A stretch of DNA of 11,784 nucleotides from Azolla caroliniana (lineage: Eukaryota > Plantae > Polypodiophyta). Location of the stretch: positions 1 to 11,784 of the forward strand of contig JBHGNT010001130.1 in assembly GCA_043228905.1 (NCBI GenBank), given 5' to 3'. The notes under the pieces were generated by a model, which had not been told where the DNA came from, ran no database searches, and saw only the letters and a program-made list of their open reading frames with translations. This document shows positions 7,763 to 11,784 of the stretch, piece by piece. The position numbers and the translations under genes were made by a program. The number at the start of each line of letters is the position of its first letter. Positions within the stretch are counted from its first letter, which is position 1.

Positions 7763-10626
7763 CAGGAACTCCAATTGCTAAGGTTGTTGCATCAAGGTCA
7801 TCGGAGGGGTTGTCTATTGAAGGAAAGTCTAGGATTGGAAAAGATAGTACGCAATCATATGTGACGAGAACTTTGCTTGGTAATGGGATTGTAGGTGTTG
7901 GTGTTGGTGTTGGTTTGGTGAATGTTGATGCTGGTTCAAGATAGGAACAATTACTACAAGGTCACGACCAATTTTATCGAGGCTCTAGTGTAGCTAACCC
8001 AAATGCAACACCTATTTCGGACAATGTGGTTGAACTCCTATTATCGGAACAAGATAAAATTTAGATCTTGCAAGAGATTAAACTAATAAAAAGGCAAACG
8101 ATCATTGCATGTGTGTTGGGCATTCTTCCATCGCATGCTAATCTACGTTTGCTGCTTTGAAATAGGATGTTGATAACATTGTGGATGCGCAGCTATTAGG
8201 AAGGAATTATTATCAAATCAAGTTTGAATTAGAAGCTCTAGTAGCATCTGAAAATATCAGTAAAGCATTTTGTACCCGATCAAGATTGATACCATCTCCA
8301 TGAATATAAAGAGTAGTGCCATCCACAAACTCAACATCAAGAATTGTCGAGTTTACAATAGATAAGGCTATTGCTTGGATGATCATTGTCGAGCTTCCCC
8401 AAATAGAATGAAAAGAAAAGGTACTAACGGACTTGCAATTGGAATAAATCTGCAGGCTTTTGGGCTAGTGATGAACCGCGTCTAGTGTGGTATCCATGCC
8501 CTACATTCTGTTGGCTTAATCATGGGGAGCCTATTTGTTACTTAGGTTGTCTTGTTGGTATAGATTTACCATCTGAAGTGATGTTATCACCATTGTTGTT
8601 ATCAATCAAGCATAAGCTAGTATATTGGGACCCTCAACACCTATCCTTTGCAAGTCAAGTTGTGATTGCAAATTTGGTGCTACTGGCCTCAATGTGGTTT
8701 ATCACACTTGTTTAGTTGTTCTCTAGGTCGGCAATCATGAAAGTTCAAAGCCTGATACATAACTTCCTCAAGGGTGGAAAAAATGGATCTCGTGCAATGG
8801 CCAAGGTAGCAAGGGATGTTTTGATTAGGACAAAATGTCAGGGAGGGTTGGCTTTAATAGATCCCTTGATGCTATCTCAAGCTCTCTTGATAAAGTTTGT
8901 AGTCAGAGGACTGTTGCCAAGGACAGAGTCATGGAAGGGTATGTTGCTCAATCAGTTGATGCAATTATCTCCCAAGATGGGAGGAAATTGGTTGCCATCT
9001 TTGAAATGGATGTTCTTGACAGATGTACAGACGTCGAGATGGAATCTAACATCCAATAGATTTCTCTTGGGAATCGTCAAAGCATGGGATGTAATCAAGA
9101 AATAGATGCCTGACACATGGGATGGTTGGATGAATCGACCGCTTTTGGCTAATTCTCTCATCTAGGATTCTATTGGAAATGTATTGGGCCTTAGAACTCA
9201 TCATGCATGGGGAAAACTTGACAATGAGCCAGCAACATTTGTGGGATACTGGATTCATTTTCAGCAGATCCCGGAAGTGGATCGGCTTAAGCAATTACAT
9301 TCGGTATAAGGGGCAAAGATAATGACAATGGATATTTCAGCAACTTTCTCGCAAGCCTCGACGCCACTTTAGCCAATGCAAGAGCATATGTGGTTTGGTT
9401 TCCTTATGAGTGGCATGATGCTTTTTGTTAAAGGAATTTTTGTTGATAGATGCATTTTTTATTTCCGTATTCAACAGGACAATAAATTTCATCCTTACAA
9501 CCTTATACACCCTCAAATAATTTAGTACAAAACCTACTCGTTGTTTCAGTTAGGGTGATTGCCAAATCTAATAAGAAATGGCTCGTGGATCCAGAATGAT
9601 CAATAACTCATTTGTGGGACATGCTTTGGTTATATGCATCACTGTTAGTTAGTAGGCTGATGTGGGACCCAAGGGATGGTTCTGGACTAGTCCCATGATG
9701 GATCCATCACAGAAAGTTCCTTGCTTTCAATACATTGTGAAATTTGGTAGAACCTTACTCATATCTAAGAATATTCTAGCTTTTGCAATTGAAAAGCCTT
9801 GGAATAAGTGGGGTGTTTCAAGCATTCATTTGAAGGCTTATTAGAAATGGATGTGGTCTTTTAGGGGACCAACAAAATATATTCTCTTCAAACGGCTTTT
9901 ACTACGTGCAACATTGCCAATAGGTTAGTCATTGAAAAGAAATGTGGCAACCGCTCTTAGAAAAAGTTGTTATTGTGTTGACTTGCAAGAAACTACCAAG
10001 CATGCTCTCTGGTTCTGTTCACTAGCCTAACAAGTATTCCAGGTATGGAATAAAGCTCTACTTTTATTCTTGACAATTAATGCAGATTGCCTCTTCTCCT
10101 AGGGATTAATGGTATGGGGGTTTCTCCATTCTAGTCTCTTGTTGTATGAGGCAAATGATGCTCCAGAGGCTACAACAGTCATCAACATGCATCTAATTTT
10201 TGTCTCCCCTTTTCAACAACCTCACAAGCAAATGTGTGCAGCCCATGCATAGAAAATAGTATCTACAATTACATTATGGATCTTATGGAAGTATCATTGT
10301 AAAATACGATATGATTCCATAATTCCTCTTCTCGCAGATATATTCCCGTAATTATGGGAGAGCTTATTGGTGGTAGTGTGTGGGCAATATGACAATATGA
10401 CGACCTCTTGGAAGGTTGTTCTAAAGAAAAGGAAAAAATTAATGCAGTTATGGAGGAAGTTACCTCTGTTTTGGATCTTCTCTCAAGGATTGATCTGGAA
10501 ATATCATCATCCCTAGCCCATGCCTTGATCATCCTTTTTGTATATAACACTCTCTAGTTGTACATTTTGTAGCCTTCCGATGTTTTTTCTTAATACTAAT
10601 GAAGGAAATCTTTTTGAAAAAAAAAA
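7763..10626 (+). mobile_element. Decayed, rearranged L1-clade LINE with poly(A) tail
   Basis: ORF1-like fragment (IIACVLGILPS...IVDAQLLGRNYYQIKFE, about 8100-8230). ORF2 remnants: CNWNKS..YLG (8435-8550), LSFASQVVIANLVL, IHNFLKGG, CQGGLALID, and zf-RVT-like CYC..QETTKHALWFC (about 9965-10020). A10 at 10617-10626. Many stops and frameshifts; no TSD seen. Confidence 0.9.
8235..8433 (-). other. Inverted L1 reverse-transcriptase core segment
   Basis: Minus strand reads SPLVPFLFILFGEA (RT motif B') and ILDVEFVDGTTLYIHG...LLIFSDATRA (degenerate FADD motif C). These motifs normally precede the plus-strand CNWNKS. Confidence 0.75.
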
Positions 10627-10753
10627 GGTGATGCAGTTTTGATAACTAACTTAGATCCGTTAAAGAAAATAATGTTCTTAGCATAAATTTAAGATGTCAA
10701 TTCGAAAAAGAATAGCTCAAAATCTTGTGGTCGTCATAATCAACATCTTTACT

Positions 10754-10828
10754 TGTCCAAAACCTAGACTTCAATTAGAGATCTCCAGTATGTGAGACTA
10801 ACGTGATAACAAACTACACCATTTGGAC
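10754..10828 (-). pseudogene. tRNA-Val(CAC)-like degenerate copy
   Basis: GTCCAAATGGTGTAGTTTGTTATCACGTTAGTCTCACATACTGG...TTTGGACA; the T loop is damaged. Confidence 0.75.
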
Positions 10829-10946
10829 CCATTTGTGAAATCCAATTTCATGTTTCATCCATTGGCCTTAATTTTGCTATTGGCCTTTAGCTTACACGAG
10901 CTTTTGAGACTAGTGATACCAAGCAGTTTCGTTATTCTAAGCAGCA

Positions 10947-11020
10947 TTTTCAAACGCAGACATGAACTGAAGACCTCTAGTGTGTTAGACAAACTTTATA
11001 ACCAACTACACCATCAGGAC
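10947..11020 (-). pseudogene. tRNA-Val(AAC)-like degenerate copy
   Basis: GTCCTGATGGTGTAGTTGGTTATAAAGTTTGTCTAACACACTAGAGGTCTTCAGTTCATG...; intact A box, broken stems. Confidence 0.7.
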
Positions 11021-11163
11021 CTTTTGAGGATATATTGTTGTATTACCAAAGTGATTTAGTTACGGTAAGTAACTTGAATCCATTGAATAAAAGAATCTTC
11101 TTAGCAGAAATTTCGAAAAGAATAATTCAAAATCTTGTTCTCGTTGTACTCGATATCTTTACT

Positions 11164-11237
11164 TGTCCAAACCCGAATGCGGAGCAAAAACCTCTAGTGT
11201 GTGAGACTAGTGTGATAACCAACTACACCATCTAGAC
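11164..11237 (-). pseudogene. tRNA-Val(CAC)-like degenerate copy
   Basis: GTCTAGATGGTGTAGTTGGTTATCACACTAGTCTCACACACTAGAGG closely resembles the 5' part of plant tRNA-Val(CAC) as I recall it; the T arm is destroyed. Confidence 0.8.
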
Positions 11238-11401
11238 CCATTTGTGAAAATCAATTTCATGGTTTATCCATTGACCTTAATTTTCCTATTGGGATTTAGC
11301 TTATAGGAATTTTTTAGACTAGGTACTGTTTACATAGAAAACGATAGCATTTAAGACTTTGGACGCAAGAAATGAACACTTCTTTTTGCTTTGCTTACGA
11401 T

Positions 11402-11555
11402 AAATCCATGAAATGCACTTAGTTTGACTAAATATATGACAATTATTTTATAGAATTACAATATGGTAATTCCAGAACAAAATCCATGAAATTCACTCAG
11501 TTTGACTAAATATATGACAATTATTTTATAGAATTACAATATGATAATTCCATAT
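11402..11555. repeat. Local tandem duplication, 78-bp period
   Basis: AAATCCATGAAAT..ACT.AGTTTGACTAAATATATGACAATTATTTTATAGAATTACAATATG.TAATTCC occurs at 11402 and 11480. Confidence 0.9.
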
Positions 11556-11598
11556 GAAAGAACGGTATCAAGGATTTTCCTTATTCTAAAGTAGTGTA

Positions 11599-11693
11599 TA
11601 GGGATCGGCAATGGCTCGGCTCAAGCCTAAACCGGTTTTAAACGGGTTAACGGCTTACCAGTTAAGTCTAAACCAAATTGTTGCCAATCCCTA
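11599..11693. mobile_element. 95-bp hAT-type MITE
   Basis: TIRs TAGGGATCGGCAA / TTGCCAATCCCTA (12/13). The 8-bp flanks GTAGTGTA / GTAGTGTC match 7/8. An empty paralogous site CTAAAGTAGTCTTTGCTTGTCC lies at about 6320-6341. Confidence 0.85.
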
Positions 11694-11707
11694 GTAGTGT
11701 CTTTGCT

Positions 11708-11779
11708 TGTCCACCCAGACTTGAACCGGAGAACTCTAATGTGTTAGACTAGCGTGATAACCATCTACACCATCTAGAC
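11708..11779 (-). pseudogene. tRNA-Val(AAC)-like degenerate copy
   Basis: GTCTAGATGGTGTAGATGGTTATCACGCTAGTCTAACACATTAGAGTTCTCCGGTTCAAGTCTGGGTGGACA; 2-nt deletion in the 3' acceptor strand. Confidence 0.8.
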
Positions 11780-11784
11780 ATTTT

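Larger units (their letters stand above)
10627..11784 (-). repeat. Tandem tRNA-Val-derived array, right block (runs off the window)
   Basis: Cores at 10754, 10947, 11164 and 11708. Spacers match the left block (e.g. 11164-11470 vs 6941-7240). Confidence 0.85.

Noticed and set aside
8835-11235. Short ORFs 8835-9059, 8952-9161, 9046-9294, 10269-10550, 10823-11059 and 11035-11235
   Set aside because: They are off-frame or antisense to the L1 remnant, or chance ORFs within the tRNA array.
6182-11784. CRISPR-like repeat-spacer array
   Set aside because: The repeats are ~74-nt tRNA derivatives, the spacers are long and themselves repeated, no cas genes are present, and the context is eukaryotic.

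Overview
Repeat-rich eukaryotic nuclear DNA, most likely from a land plant (a non-seed plant such as a fern is my inference). The ORF track is fragmented by spliceosomal introns and decay. Bases 117-3327 (+) reconstruct into one 5'-incomplete gene with 5 visible exons (about 959 aa). It fuses a ParB/Sulfiredoxin-like domain to a prokaryote/phage-type beta-class amino-DNA methyltransferase (N6-adenine or N4-cytosine; motif IV 'DIPY' before motif I 'DLFSGTG'). Four GT-AG introns interrupt it, one splitting motif I. The first visible exon has 4 stops and 1 frameshift, while the methyltransferase exons are intact. The gene lies at the inner end of a TE nest: a solo LTR with TSD, an LTR-like end that truncates a Ty1/copia gag, and a copia LTR with an RTEX-like LINE inserted in its (AG)n tract. 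The background DNA (6182-11784) is a tandem array of about 10 degenerate minus-strand tRNA-Val copies with mixed AAC/CAC anticodons. The array is interrupted by a decayed L1 LINE with an inverted RT segment and by a 95-bp hAT-type MITE.
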